From a virus, in IMG/VR virus record IMGVR_UViG_3300046459_000427, positions 32,001-96,000 of that record: DNA of 64,000 nt. One strand, 5' to 3'. Positions within the stretch are counted from its first letter, which is position 1; each line of letters starts with the position of its first letter. This document shows positions 62,843-64,000 of this stretch, one piece after another. The notes under the pieces are model-generated. The model was given only the letters and a program-made list of their open reading frames with translations. It searched no databases and was not told the DNA's origin. The position numbers and the translations under genes were made by a program.

Positions 62843-64000
62843 CTAGTCGGTACTTTTGTCCGGGTCGCGGCGAAGTCCAGCCCGTGGGCCGTACGCCTGT
62901 GTCACGATTTCGTTAGTCATCTTCTGAATCTCGGGGGCTGTGATGTTGCCGAAGTCGACACCACCGGGAAGCGTCACCGGATTCGGACCCGCAGCCTGAT
63001 TGACGGGGTTTCCCTCCGCATCAGATTGCGGTGCAGGCGCATCCACCCCTTCAGGCGGCATTCCCGTCAGTTGCAGAATAGTCGAGTCGATCTGCGTCTT
63101 TAGCATTCGCAGAGCGCCCTGCTGTTTGGCATCCTCGATCTGCTCTTCGAAGATCTCTCGGACCTTCTCGTCCGGGAACTCCTCGCCCAAGTCGTGGAGG
63201 GCTCCGCGCATGGACTCAAGGCCCATGGACATCTTTGCCTGGATCTCGTTCAACTTGATAAGGGTGTCGACCGGCAGAGGGGCAGGCCATTCGCACTCGG
63301 TGAAGTAGGCCATGGGGTCGAGAACGTCGATCATCGGCGGCTGATCGTCCTTCATGATGCCCTCGGTGCTGGGGTCATACAGCCGGGTTTCCGGCTCGAA
63401 GGTGAACAGCGTCTTGAGGATCAGTTCGTTGACCTTCTGGAGGCCGACGGAGTACTGCATCTTCTTCTGGTCGTACCGGGACATCATCGGCCGGTACATG
63501 ATGGCCAGGGCCACGCCGGACGTATTGGAGGCGGGCTGCATCTGACCGAGCGCCGTTTCCGGAACACCCGTGAGTTCGTGCATGGAGCGCTTGATCATCT
63601 CCAGGTACTGGAGCGGTCCCGCGAGGTCGACGCCGTTTTCCAGGTTGAACACTTGCGCGTCTTTGGGAAGTCCGCCCCACACCTTGCGTGGGCCCTTCTC
63701 AAGGTTGCTCGCTTTCGCGCCCGTGATGATCGTTACGGGTGCTGCGTGGTAATTGATGATGTCGCTGATGTCGGTGGCCTTCTCGTTGTATTCACGATTC
63801 AGGCTGATGATGTCGGCGATATCGGAAAGACCCCACGGTGAGCCGCTGACCTGCGAGTTTGCGATGTGGACCACGGGTATGAGGCCCAGCGGGTTCGGGC
63901 GGGAGTCGATCAGTTCGTCATTGAGATATTCCTCAATGGTGGAATCCGTGAGGACCTCGACGTAGGTGTAGACGGAGCGTGTGCCGTCTTCGCCGGTGGC
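62843..64000 (-). CDS. portal protein (3' part; start lies outside the window)
   Basis: VHIAN...WGLSDI...LNREYN, SNTSGVAL; frame open to window edge. Confidence 0.85.
   Translation of the reverse strand, partial: ATGEDGTRSVYTYVEVLTDSTIEEYLNDELIDSRPNPLGLIPVVHIANSQVSGSPWGLSDIADIISLNREYNEKATDISDIINYHAAPVTIITGAKASNLEKGPRKVWGGLPKDAQVFNLENGVDLAGPLQYLEMIKRSMHELTGVPETALGQMQPASNTSGVALAIMYRPMMSRYDQKKMQYSVGLQKVNELILKTLFTFEPETRLYDPSTEGIMKDDQPPMIDVLDPMAYFTECEWPAPLPVDTLIKLNEIQAKMSMGLESMRGALHDLGEEFPDEKVREIFEEQIEDAKQQGALRMLKTQIDSTILQLTGMPPEGVDAPAPQSDAEGNPVNQAAGPNPVTLPGGVDFGNITAPEIQKMTNEIVTQAYGPRAGLRRDPDKSTD

Noticed and set aside
736-62916. Many long plus-strand ORFs (e.g. 22535-24445, 25462-27324, 46342-49146), several containing or starting with MK at the motif
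   Set aside because: They are in-register antisense shadows of GC3-rich minus-strand genes, with no RBS or recognisable domains; the ATG AAG is simply the reverse complement of CTT CAT.
1-64000. tRNA genes or integrase
   Set aside because: Intergenic gaps are short and show only simple hairpins; no cloverleaf or recombinase motifs recognised by eye (a tRNA scan would be needed to be sure).

Overview
This window is a 64 kb internal segment of a large, GC-rich (roughly two-thirds G+C by eye) contractile-tailed actinophage, most likely infecting Streptomyces (WhiB, HrdB/SigA-type promoters, Streptomyces-phage-style endolysin). Essentially all genes are on the minus strand. Read in transcription direction (right to left): portal (partial), scaffold, major capsid, neck proteins, tail sheath and tube, chaperones, tape measure (NlpC/P60 + SLT), baseplate/spike/fibre genes, holin-like genes; then replication/recombination (HTH initiator with an internal origin-like region, DnaC-like loader, DnaB, primase, SNF2 helicase, SSB-like, PolA, NrdJ, RecA, resolvase, WhiB, Cas4-like nuclease, RNA ligase, ThyX, dNMP kinase, EndoVII, SpoVS); then endolysin, secreted transglycosylase and a possible nucleic-acid modification cluster (nucleotidyltransferase, ParB-like, HAD-like, TGT/DpdA-like, glycosylase-like); finally small early genes behind consensus sigma-70 promoters. 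The most striking unexplained signal is the AT-rich 7-mer CTTCATA (TATGAAG on +; consensus GCTTCATACC). I counted 27 copies by eye, all on the coding strand. 25 lie inside 25 different genes, one per gene, always in frame as the rare codons CTT-CAT-A (Leu-His-Thr/Ile/Met). The other 2 sit between a terminator-like hairpin and a gene start. No tRNA, CRISPR array, integrase or intein was recognised. All product calls come from motif recognition by eye, not database searches.
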